Below are positions 1 through 7,851 of a stretch of 23,634 bases of DNA, one piece after another. Positions within the stretch are counted from its first letter, which is position 1, and every line of letters starts with the position of its first letter. The position numbers were made by a program, and so were the translations under genes. The notes beneath the pieces are model-generated. The model saw only the letters and a program-made list of their open reading frames with translations. It did no database searches and was not told the DNA's origin. This DNA comes from Bdellovibrionota bacterium FG-2. GTDB taxonomy: Bacteria > Bdellovibrionota > UBA1018. Location: positions 1 through 23,634 of the forward strand of contig JBBCAV010000384.1 in the NCBI GenBank assembly GCA_051382305.1. Direction: 5' to 3'.

Positions 1-638
1 ATTTTCCCGGGTGCGCGCAGCTTTACCGCGGTTTCATAGTAAGTTGGATCGAGCTTGTCTTTGCTCTGATAATCAATGTCCCCCCCCATAGGAGCCGCGA
101 CCCCTTCGGAAAACCGCTGGGCAACCTCAGCAAAACCCATCTTTCCCGGCTTAATTTGTTCTTCTTGAATTCGCTTAATTTTTTCTAGGGCCTTTTTTTC
201 CTCCTCCAGCTTTGCATCTGGTCGGAGTGCGACAAAGATATGGCTTGTGCGGATTTCAGGGTTTCGAGAATAGAATTCTTTTGCTTCCTCATCTGTGATG
301 TGAATGCCTTCGAAATCTTTGCTCAATTTTTTATCCAGTAATGCATGGTATAAAACGGTGTTCATTCGATCAAGTACATCGGGATCTTTATCTAATCCCG
401 AGCGCTTCGCTTCCTGAATACCAAGCTCTCGCTTAATCAGATCGTCGAGCACACCGGCTTTTGTGGGGGCTTTGAATTGAAAAAATTTCAGATTTTCACG
501 GTATTTTTTATGAAACTCCTCAAGAGTAATCACCGCACCATTTACTTTCGCGAGTTCGGTGGCGGCAAAACCCCTAAGCGAGGGCGCGAAAAATATGGCA
601 CAAAGAAATAAGATAAATGAAATGTGTTTGGTTTCCAT
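1..638 (-). CDS. Secreted/periplasmic peptidyl-prolyl cis-trans isomerase, parvulin (PpiC) domain, SurA/PrsA-like foldase; 3' end truncated by the window edge
   Basis: Not in the ORF track; translated by hand from ATG at 638-636: METKHISFILFLCAIFFAPSLRGFAATELAKVNGAVITLEEF... It has a signal-peptide-like N-terminus followed by the 'AKVNGxxIT' SurA/PrsA N-domain motif, then parvulin motifs EIRTSHIFV, FAEVAQRFSE and MGGDIDY. The frame stays open to position 1. An in-frame TTG at 674 is an alternative start. Confidence 0.85.
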   Translation of the reverse strand, partial: METKHISFILFLCAIFFAPSLRGFAATELAKVNGAVITLEEFHKKYRENLKFFQFKAPTKAGVLDDLIKRELGIQEAKRSGLDKDPDVLDRMNTVLYHALLDKKLSKDFEGIHITDEEAKEFYSRNPEIRTSHIFVALRPDAKLEEEKKALEKIKRIQEEQIKPGKMGFAEVAQRFSEGVAAPMGGDIDYQSKDKLDPTYYETAVKLRAPGK

Positions 639-684
639 GCGATTGAGTTTATCAGTGCTCTGCGCCGTTTGCAATTGCCGGCTT

Positions 685-3600
685 TCAGAGAGTTCGAAGA
701 GCATCGAGGGCGCTCTCGACTTGAAAACAAAGTTCCCTGGGAGAGAGGGTCAGAACTTTGACAACGAATTTCGACTCTGGCAGGAGGCGGTATTTTTCGA
801 CATCAGTCCCCACTAGGGCGATTGCGCGCGCCGGGTCAAGAGTGCTTATGGGTCCAGATTGAAGAATAAACTTATCAGAACTTGCGGTGAGGCTCATGAT
901 GCCATTTGTCTTGAGTAGAATTTTGATTCTGATGAGCCAAAGAAGATTCTCGGCCTCTGCTGGGAGGGGGCCAAAACGGTCAAGAAGTTCGTCTTTGTAG
1001 GTGTCGACCGTTGAGAAACTCGCGGCAGAGGAAAAGCGTCGATAAAGAGACAGTCGCTGGTGAGTATCAGGGATGTAGTCTTCCGAGAGAAAAGAGGGGA
1101 ACGGGGTTTTGATTTCTGGCTCTTTTGAGCTTTCTTGCAAGGAAAGGGGTCTTCCTTGAATTTCTCGGACCGCCTCTTCAAGGAGCTCAAGGTAAAGATC
1201 AAGCCCCACGGATGCAATATGTCCAGATTGCTGCGGACCCAGAAGATTCCCACCGCCGCGAATCTCTAAATCATGTGACGCGATGTGAAAGCCGCTTCCG
1301 AGCTCAGCAAAGCGTTGAATAACTTCAAGGCGCCGTTTCGCCTCTTCGGAAACTGGGCTTTCCTGGGGAATAAAGAGATAGGCGTGTGCACGTTGCTGAC
1401 CTCGGCCGATTCGGCCACGGATTTGATAAAGCTGGGCAAGCCCCAGAGCGTCCGCGCGATTGACGATGAGGGTGTTGGCGGAAGGAACATCGAGTCCGGA
1501 CTCGATGATACTTGTGCACACAAGGACGTGGCTCTTTTTTTGATAAAAATCGAGCATGGTCTTTTCGAGCTCACCTTCAGGCATTTGACCATGAGCAACG
1601 GAAAAGCGCGCTTCAGGAATAAGAGCCTGAAGTTTTTTAGTAATTGAATAGATGGAACTCACCTTATTATGAAGAAAGAAAACCTGCCCATCGCGCGCGA
1701 GCTCCGAACGAATCACCTTCTGAATAAGGGGCTCATCATAGCGCGAAACGTGCGTCCGAATCGCGAGACGGTCTAAGGGGGGTGTGTTAATAAGGCTGAT
1801 ATCTCGGAGACCGGAGACGGCCATATTCAAGGTGCGAGGAATGGGGGTTGCCGTTAAAGTAAGAACATGGGTGTTCGTTTTTAGGGCTTTGAGCTTTTCT
1901 TTGTGTTCGACCCCAAAGCGATGCTCTTCATCGATGATCAATAACCCAAGGTCCTTGAATTGAATGTCTTTAGACAGAAGTCGGTGCGTTCCAATAACGA
2001 TATCCATTTTTCCTTGCGCAAGTTCTGCCAGGATTTCTTTTTGTTCCCGCGAAGTTTTAAAGCGAGACAAGGAATCCGCCTTTATCGCGAAAGCCGAAAG
2101 CCGCGCCCGAAAAGACTGTTCATGCTGAAGAGCTAGGAGAGTTGTAGGGACGAGAACGGCAACTTGCTTTCCTTCAGTCACGACACGAAAGGCGGCCCGA
2201 ATAGCCACTTCAGTTTTCCCATAGCCGACATCACCACAAATGAGGCGATCCATCACTTTTCCTGAGTGTAAATCCTCGAGAACGTCTTCAATGGCTGTGA
2301 GCTGGTCTGGAGTTTCCTCAAAAGGAAAAGTCGATTCAAACTCTCGAAATAGAGAGTCCCTATGAGGAAATACAACTCCCGCGCGCAATTTTCTCTCTGC
2401 ATAAAGCTGGACAAGGTTAACGGCGAGCCTCTGAACTGCCTCCTTGACAGAAGCTTTTGTTTTCTGAAACGAAGCATTCCCGAGCCGATCGAGTGTGATA
2501 GTAGTGCCGGACCCTGCATATTTTTGAATGACATTGAGCCGGTAAACGGGAATGTATAGACGATCATTCCCTGCGTATTCTAAAAGGACAAAATCAGAGG
2601 GAGCCCCAGTGAGGGTTAGCCGGGCAATTCCTTGGTATTTCGCGACCCCATGTTCTTGATGGACGACTGTATCCCCTATGGCAAGATCCGCCAAAGCCTG
2701 CAGTCCCAACCATTCTTTTGAAGCGCTACTGCCCCCTTTCTTGGATCGAGAAAGATTTGTGGTGGTCTTATTTTTGGAATGGCGGGTTCCCAAGATCTCT
2801 TCTTCGGAAAGGACAATCAGGCCCTCGGTGGGCCAGCGAAAGCCCGCTGAAATATTCCCCTTCATTATAGTGATGGCGTTCTTTGAAATAAAGGGCTCAA
2901 GTGTGCAGCGGACTCTTCGCTCCTCTAAAAGAAAACGAAAGCGATCCATTTTTGAGTCGGTAAGACAAAATACAAGAACAGTCTGCCCCTCCTTTGTCCA
3001 TTCTTTTAGGAGGGGTTCGTAGTAGGAAAGGGTGGTCGCAGCGTCAGCGCTTGGGCCTATATTCGTCTCGATATTAACTGAAAACTCCCGTGTATTTTGA
3101 TCACATTGCCCTTCGAGCAGGAAGGGGTCAAAGTAGATTCGAGCTTGCGAGAAGAAGGTGTCGGTTTGTTCTGGGGAAAAGAGAAAAAGTTTCTCAGGAG
3201 GGGGAATAATGAGGCCGCGTTCCGTGCAGATTTTTGATTCCCCTTGTAGTGACTTAATAAAGGAACCCCATTCTTGCAGGCAACTTTGTTCGTCATTCCA
3301 GGCAAAATAGGTGTTTTCTGGGAGGTAGCCAAGAAGTGAGGTTGGGGTTGTGTAACAAAAAGGAACCCAACTGTCGCTGTGCTCAGGATAAATTTCTTCT
3401 CTCACAAGGTTTAAGAGTGGATCTCGAATCGCGCGCGAAACGTCGCAGTCGTCACAATAGGTTTTGATTTTCTCGCGAACGACAAGTTGGCTTTCCGGGC
3501 TTAAAATAAATTCTCTCGCCGGGCAAAGCAGGACTTCTGATAACGTTCTTGGGTAGGTGCGTTGGGTCTCTGGGTTAAAAGGTCTAATTCGTTCAATTTC

Positions 3601-4200
3601 GTCACCAAAAAACTCAATACGTATAGGTTCATCAAGATGAGGGGAGAAAATATCCAGAAGGCTGCCACGAACGGCGTAGGTTCCCCGATCTTCAACAGTG
3701 TCAGAAGCTAAATAGCCCGCTTTCACTAGATGTAGGATTACGTCGTCTCGCGAAGGCCCACTGTTTCCAGTTCTTAGCAGAAGCGTCAGCCGCTTGAATA
3801 ACTCGAAAGGAAGTGTGGCTTGGGTCGCTGCGGCAAGAGTTGTAATGATAATTTTCACGGGAGATGAAGCAAGAAGAGATGAGAGCCCCGCTAAGCGAGA
3901 ATAGCGAGACTTTAGTGAGGGCGCAACCGGGCTGTAGGGGGAAATTTCCCAGGATGGAAATAAGACGATATCTGAGGGTGTAAGCCCAAAAAGAGGCGCA
4001 AGCGCAAGAAAGTCGGAATAGGTTTCCCATGTCGCCTCTTCGTTTTTACACATTAAGACAAAGGGATTGGCGTATTCTAAGGAGCGGCAAAACGTTAGAG
4101 TGAGATAGGCCCTCACTAGAGCTGTGGTGCCAGAAACCCTCACCCGTGAGCCGGGCTTGTCGAGCGCGGTGAGAATTTCCTTAATCCCAAAGGATTGCAT
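685..4200 (-). CDS. mfd: Transcription-repair coupling factor Mfd (1171 aa)
   Basis: UvrB-like N-terminal region (YAVRGSLLDIF...RIEFFGDEIERIR), RID/CarD-like domain (GDTVVHQEHGVAKYQG), SF2 helicase Walker A GDVGYGKT, DEEH box, TATPIPRT, QIRGRIGR, TRG motif HDLEIRGGGNLLG, C-terminal TRCF domain (RLSLYRR...DRFGPLP). Confidence 0.98.
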   Translation of the reverse strand: MQSFGIKEILTALDKPGSRVRVSGTTALVRAYLTLTFCRSLEYANPFVLMCKNEEATWETYSDFLALAPLFGLTPSDIVLFPSWEISPYSPVAPSLKSRYSRLAGLSSLLASSPVKIIITTLAAATQATLPFELFKRLTLLLRTGNSGPSRDDVILHLVKAGYLASDTVEDRGTYAVRGSLLDIFSPHLDEPIRIEFFGDEIERIRPFNPETQRTYPRTLSEVLLCPAREFILSPESQLVVREKIKTYCDDCDVSRAIRDPLLNLVREEIYPEHSDSWVPFCYTTPTSLLGYLPENTYFAWNDEQSCLQEWGSFIKSLQGESKICTERGLIIPPPEKLFLFSPEQTDTFFSQARIYFDPFLLEGQCDQNTREFSVNIETNIGPSADAATTLSYYEPLLKEWTKEGQTVLVFCLTDSKMDRFRFLLEERRVRCTLEPFISKNAITIMKGNISAGFRWPTEGLIVLSEEEILGTRHSKNKTTTNLSRSKKGGSSASKEWLGLQALADLAIGDTVVHQEHGVAKYQGIARLTLTGAPSDFVLLEYAGNDRLYIPVYRLNVIQKYAGSGTTITLDRLGNASFQKTKASVKEAVQRLAVNLVQLYAERKLRAGVVFPHRDSLFREFESTFPFEETPDQLTAIEDVLEDLHSGKVMDRLICGDVGYGKTEVAIRAAFRVVTEGKQVAVLVPTTLLALQHEQSFRARLSAFAIKADSLSRFKTSREQKEILAELAQGKMDIVIGTHRLLSKDIQFKDLGLLIIDEEHRFGVEHKEKLKALKTNTHVLTLTATPIPRTLNMAVSGLRDISLINTPPLDRLAIRTHVSRYDEPLIQKVIRSELARDGQVFFLHNKVSSIYSITKKLQALIPEARFSVAHGQMPEGELEKTMLDFYQKKSHVLVCTSIIESGLDVPSANTLIVNRADALGLAQLYQIRGRIGRGQQRAHAYLFIPQESPVSEEAKRRLEVIQRFAELGSGFHIASHDLEIRGGGNLLGPQQSGHIASVGLDLYLELLEEAVREIQGRPLSLQESSKEPEIKTPFPSFLSEDYIPDTHQRLSLYRRFSSAASFSTVDTYKDELLDRFGPLPAEAENLLWLIRIKILLKTNGIMSLTASSDKFILQSGPISTLDPARAIALVGTDVEKYRLLPESKFVVKVLTLSPRELCFQVESALDALRTL

Positions 4201-4206
4201 AAATAG

Positions 4207-4235
4207 AATCTACTTTCCTTGACACATTTTTTCAA
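4207..4235 (-). promoter_or_regulatory. Putative sigma70 promoter for mfd (probably leaderless transcript)
   Basis: Minus strand reads TTGAAA (4235-4230), a 17-nt spacer, TAGATT (4212-4207), 6 nt, then the mfd ATG at 4200. No well-spaced Shine-Dalgarno sequence. Confidence 0.6.
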
Positions 4236-4247
4236 CTTCAGTAATCT
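4219..4247 (+). promoter_or_regulatory. Putative sigma70 promoter for the double nuo operon
   Basis: Perfect -35 TTGACA (4219-4224), 17-nt spacer, -10 TAATCT (4242-4247; T1, A2 and T6 conserved). GAGG at 4254-4257 precedes the ATG at 4269. Confidence 0.75.
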
Positions 4248-4268
4248 TTTCGCGAGGTTCTCATTAAG

Positions 4269-4691
4269 ATGCCAAGCGGTTGGGAAATTTACTACGTTAT
4301 TCTATTGTCGGCGACCCTCGCTTTGGGGTTTCCAATTATATTGGCGATATTTTTATTCATTATCATACCTAAAAAAAGAAAATTTCGCAGGGCTCAAAAT
4401 GCGAAAAAAAATAACCAGGCGCGGCCCGTTGTTCGCAGTCTTCTTGGGCGCAGGATTAATGTCCGATTCTATCTTTCGGCAAATGCGGCATTAATATTTG
4501 TTACGCTCTCTTTTGGTTTTGTTCCCTGCGTGGGGGCAATTCAAAAAGAGAGCGAAAGAATGGATGTGGTGGCGGCGATTGTTTCCTTATGCTGCTTGGG
4601 CGTTTTCTCCGGTGTTGGGTTGTTATATGCTATTCGAAAAGGCGATTTAAGCTGGTTGAGATCTTATCATCGGCATGAGGATGAGTTATAA
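4269..4691 (+). CDS. nuoA: NuoA-like subunit, divergent copy 1 (lacks the ECG loop motif and the D/E of FDVE)
   Basis: Three hydrophobic segments; RINVRFYL matches R.SVRFYL and YAIRKGDLSW matches YxxRKxALxW; first gene before nuoB. FDVE is replaced by FVTL. Confidence 0.8.
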   Translation: MPSGWEIYYVILLSATLALGFPIILAIFLFIIIPKKRKFRRAQNAKKNNQARPVVRSLLGRRINVRFYLSANAALIFVTLSFGFVPCVGAIQKESERMDVVAAIVSLCCLGVFSGVGLLYAIRKGDLSWLRSYHRHEDEL

Positions 4692-5164
4692 TGGAGTCCT
4701 CAATCTACGATTCCACCTTGGGGAGGGTCTTGCGTTGGGCTCGCTACAGCTCCTTTTGGTATATTTCTGTCGGAGGTGGGTGCTGTGCTGATGAGCCGCT
4801 TCACACGGTGGGTTGTCGTTATGATCTAGAGCGGTTCGGGTGTGTTCCACAATCGGAACCCAGGCAGGTTGATCTTCTCATTGTCAACGGTGTGATCACA
4901 TATAAGGCGTTGCCCTATTTGCGTTCCTTTTATGATCAGATGCTAGCCCCCAAGTATGTGATGTCGATTGGCTCCTGCGCGAATTGTGGGGGGCTTTTTA
5001 GTCCCGATAATAGTTATTCCGTGGTCCCTGGGGTAAATAAGATTATTCCCGTGGATGTTTATGTTCCCGGTTGCCCGCCCCGTCCCGAAGCCATCATGAA
5101 TGGACTTCTAGCACTTCAGGAAAAAATACGTGGATATAATAGAGCTGAAAAAAAATTTATCTGA
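4691..5164 (+). CDS. nuoB: NuoB-like Fe-S (N2) subunit, copy 1
   Basis: GCCADE, RYDLERFG, PRQVDLLIV, YDQMLAPKYVMSIGSCA, VDVYVPGCPPRPEA. All four N2 cysteines are present. TAATG overlap with the upstream gene. Confidence 0.95.
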   Translation: MESSIYDSTLGRVLRWARYSSFWYISVGGGCCADEPLHTVGCRYDLERFGCVPQSEPRQVDLLIVNGVITYKALPYLRSFYDQMLAPKYVMSIGSCANCGGLFSPDNSYSVVPGVNKIIPVDVYVPGCPPRPEAIMNGLLALQEKIRGYNRAEKKFI

Positions 5165-5648
5165 CGCACTTTCAGGCAGAATCTTGCAGTTCGGACAGCT
5201 CGGCCGGGACGGGGTTCTCTCTGTCTGGATTGAAGCGAAGCATATTGATGAGGTGGCCCTTTTGCTTCGGAATGAATTGTTGCTGGACTTTTCGAGTTTA
5301 GAAAATTTCTTTGTGGCGCAGATAGATTCGGCTCTCATTCTAAGTTATTTTCTGTGTTCTCCAAAAAACCATGCTGAAGTCATTCTCCGGGCGTCGGTTG
5401 TCCCTCAGAATCCAGATGCAAAAGTCAGGGTGCCGTCGGTGCGTGAAATTTGGCCTATGATAGAACATCAAGAACGGGAGAGTTCAGAGCTGTTTGGGCT
5501 TTCCTTCTTCTTGGGGCTCACGCCCAACGAGACCCCGGAAGGAGAACAAAAATTTCTTCCTTCAGGGTGGGAGGGTTTTCCTCTTCGCAAGGAATATACT
5601 TTTCCGGAAACCTTCCTGAGTGTTAGGCACCAACCGGAGGTAGAATGA
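5130..5648 (+). CDS. nuoC: NuoC-like subunit, divergent copy 1
   Basis: VPSVREIWP, ERESSELFG (canonical ERExxDxFG), WEGFPLRKEY (canonical GHPLRKD). GTG start overlaps the nuoB 3' end by 35 nt, so the exact start is uncertain. Confidence 0.88.
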   Translation: MDIIELKKNLSDALSGRILQFGQLGRDGVLSVWIEAKHIDEVALLLRNELLLDFSSLENFFVAQIDSALILSYFLCSPKNHAEVILRASVVPQNPDAKVRVPSVREIWPMIEHQERESSELFGLSFFLGLTPNETPEGEQKFLPSGWEGFPLRKEYTFPETFLSVRHQPEVE

Positions 5649-6778
5649 ATTTCCCTCTTTTCGGCGAGCGGCTTAAAACAGACATAACGAGCTGGGAAGT
5701 GGGCCCCTACCATTTAGCGCTCCCCGCCCCGATGAAACTATCATTGAAACTCGATGGCGAAGTGATTGTTTCTGGGGAAGTTGAGACGGGATTTTTGCAT
5801 CGAGGGCTTGAGAAGTGTTTTGAGCGCCATTCTTGGCGCTCTGCACTTCCTTATGCGGATCGACTGGACCCCGAGGCGGCGGTTTTTGGAGAACTCGTGT
5901 ATTGCCTGGCGGTTGAAGAGATTGCAAACATACTTATTCCCCCAAGAGCCCAGGCAATTCGAGTGATTCTTTCAGAACTAACGCGAATTTCGGGTCACCT
6001 GGGAAGTGCAATTCGGGTTGCGCGAGCGGTGGGTGCAGAAAAAATTCAACACTACATTTTGAGGGATCGAGAGAAAATTACAGACCTTTTTGAGCTTTTG
6101 ACAGGAGCCAGATTCTCTCTAAATTTTCTTCGGATCGGTGGCGTGAGGGCAAACGTTACAGATGGCTTTATTGAGCGGGTGCTTGATATTTGTGATCTCG
6201 TTCGCATTCGACTTAAAGAGTACAATGACTTGTTTACCTTTAATCACGCTTTTCTAAAGCGCACGATGAATGTGGGGGTTCTTTCGCCAAAGATGGTAAG
6301 AAAATATGGAATTACCGGACCCAGCGCGCGTGCCTCAGGCCTTATGATGGACGCGCGAAAGGATCGGCCCTATTGTGGATATGAGATTCTTGATTTTGAG
6401 GTTCCACTTGGACAAGGAGAGGGTGGGACGTTAGGTGATGCACATGAGCGATTTTTAATAAGACTTCGGGAAGTTTCTCAAAGCATTGAGATTCTTAGGC
6501 AGGTGACCGAGGGGTTGCCAAGTGGAGAATATATCTCTCAAACGGACGAGCTTATGGTCCCAGAGGGCGAGGCGTATGTCCGTGTTGAAAGTTCGCGTGG
6601 GCTCTTAGGATGTCATTTAATATCTCTCGGGGGGGCGTCGCCCCATCGGGTTCAATTTAGGACGCCAAGTGGTTTTCATCTCCTCTCAATCCCAGAGTTA
6701 GTTGTGGGTCTTAAATTAGAAGATTTGTCAGTTGTCTTGGCGAGTCTTGATCTCTCTATAGCGGAGGCAGATCGATGA
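5645..6778 (+). CDS. nuoD: NuoD-like (49-kDa family) subunit, copy 1, quinone-site residues absent
   Basis: GPYH, LDGEVI, GFLHRGLEK, DRLD, SELTRISGHL, TGAR, IGGV, GPSARASG, RTPS and C-terminal LDLSIAEADR. No hydrogenase CxxC motifs. GGAGG RBS and ATGA overlap. Confidence 0.93.
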   Translation: MNFPLFGERLKTDITSWEVGPYHLALPAPMKLSLKLDGEVIVSGEVETGFLHRGLEKCFERHSWRSALPYADRLDPEAAVFGELVYCLAVEEIANILIPPRAQAIRVILSELTRISGHLGSAIRVARAVGAEKIQHYILRDREKITDLFELLTGARFSLNFLRIGGVRANVTDGFIERVLDICDLVRIRLKEYNDLFTFNHAFLKRTMNVGVLSPKMVRKYGITGPSARASGLMMDARKDRPYCGYEILDFEVPLGQGEGGTLGDAHERFLIRLREVSQSIEILRQVTEGLPSGEYISQTDELMVPEGEAYVRVESSRGLLGCHLISLGGASPHRVQFRTPSGFHLLSIPELVVGLKLEDLSVVLASLDLSIAEADR

Positions 6779-7851
6779 ATGGTCATGGGCCTCAGTGGAG
6801 CGCACTTTTGCAGCACCTATTTGGATTACGGGGTTCCTACCCACAGTGGTTCCTCGCTTTAATAGGTCTCGCAGCCGTATACTTGGGTCTAGTGGTTCCT
6901 GGTGCGTGGTTTGTTTCCTATGTTGATCGAAAACTTGGAGCAGACTTTCAAGCTCGCGTGGGGCCTAATCGTGCGGGACCGTCCGGATTTTTTCAACCCT
7001 TAGCGGACTTCTTGAAGCTGTTGCAAAAAGATGCCCAAGAAAAAATAACGGGTGGAGACCTACTATGGATGGTTATTTTTACGTCTGCACTTTATTCGAG
7101 CGTCGCTGTGATTCCATTGGGCGCGTCTTTTATCTTTGTTGATACGGATTTGAGCGCGTTCATTCCATTCTGGTCTGCGCTCATCTTAGCTCTCGGAACG
7201 ATGTTACTAGGTTTTAGCCGACCGACAGTACCGGGCTGGTTTGGTGCGATAAAGGTTGCGGGACAGGCTTTTTCTGGGGCGTTTCCGGCTTTAGTTTCGT
7301 TGGTGACGGTTGGAATTAGAGCGGGCGGATTTCGCTGGAGTCGCCTGGTTGGTTCGCAGGGGGTTTTCCCAGCAGAATGGGCCGCTTTCTCAAATCCGTT
7401 TCAGTTTTTAGCCCTCCTCGTGTTCATGATTAGCGGTCTTGTGATGATGAGTTTGCCGCCGATGGATGGCGTGATCTCCTCTTACAATATGAATGGCGGA
7501 GTGATTTCGCATCTCTTTGGCAGGCGTTGGGCGATTTTTAGGTTGGGGCGGTTTTATGCGTTTTTTCTTTGGTGTCTAGTGGGGTCTGCCTTGTTCTTGG
7601 GAGGCTGGCAGCTTCCGGCGCGTGTCACTGAAGTTTTGTTAGATTCTGTTGTCTTAAGGCAAGGAGTTGAGTCGATTTTACTTTTAACAAAGACCTTTAT
7701 TTTGATGGTCGTTGTTATTTGGGTTTCTCGAGTTAATTCAAGAACCCGCGTAGATCAGGTTACCGATTTTGCTTGGAAGGTTCTGTGTCCGTTCGCATTG
7801 GTGGCCCTGATGGGGTCTGCCCTTTGGGCGGGGTGGGAGCTCATCCTATGA
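6775..7851 (+). CDS. nuoH: NuoH-like membrane subunit, divergent copy 1
   Basis: DRKLGADFQARVGPNRAGPSGFFQPLADFLKLLQKD, LFLGGW, RTRVDQVTDFAWKVLCP. GGAGG RBS and ATGA overlap with the nuoD-like gene; no nuoEFG in between. Confidence 0.92.
   Translation: MNGHGPQWSALLQHLFGLRGSYPQWFLALIGLAAVYLGLVVPGAWFVSYVDRKLGADFQARVGPNRAGPSGFFQPLADFLKLLQKDAQEKITGGDLLWMVIFTSALYSSVAVIPLGASFIFVDTDLSAFIPFWSALILALGTMLLGFSRPTVPGWFGAIKVAGQAFSGAFPALVSLVTVGIRAGGFRWSRLVGSQGVFPAEWAAFSNPFQFLALLVFMISGLVMMSLPPMDGVISSYNMNGGVISHLFGRRWAIFRLGRFYAFFLWCLVGSALFLGGWQLPARVTEVLLDSVVLRQGVESILLLTKTFILMVVVIWVSRVNSRTRVDQVTDFAWKVLCPFALVALMGSALWAGWELIL

Noticed and set aside
4219-4235. TTGA-N9-TCAA inverted repeat as an FNR/CRP-family box
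   Set aside because: The spacing does not fit TTGAT-N4-ATCAA. The symmetry is explained by the two opposed -35 hexamers.
4219-4494. 91-aa plus-strand ORF starting at TTG 4219
   Set aside because: Its 'start' is the -35 hexamer, it overlaps the nuoA-like gene in another frame, and it has no recognisable motifs.
4691-6778. Copy 1 as a group 4 [NiFe]-hydrogenase (Ech/Hyc/Mbh) or Mbs sulfane reductase
   Set aside because: The large subunit has no RxCxxC or DPCxxC and no Cys at those positions, ending in AEADR. The small subunit has the tandem CC of complex I rather than CxxC. Gene order is nuoABCDHIJKLMN.
7773-7847. ORF-track N-terminal extension of nuoI copy 1 (TTG at 7773)
   Set aside because: It would overlap nuoH by 79 nt. 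ATG 7848 gives a standard ATGA coupling with an RBS.
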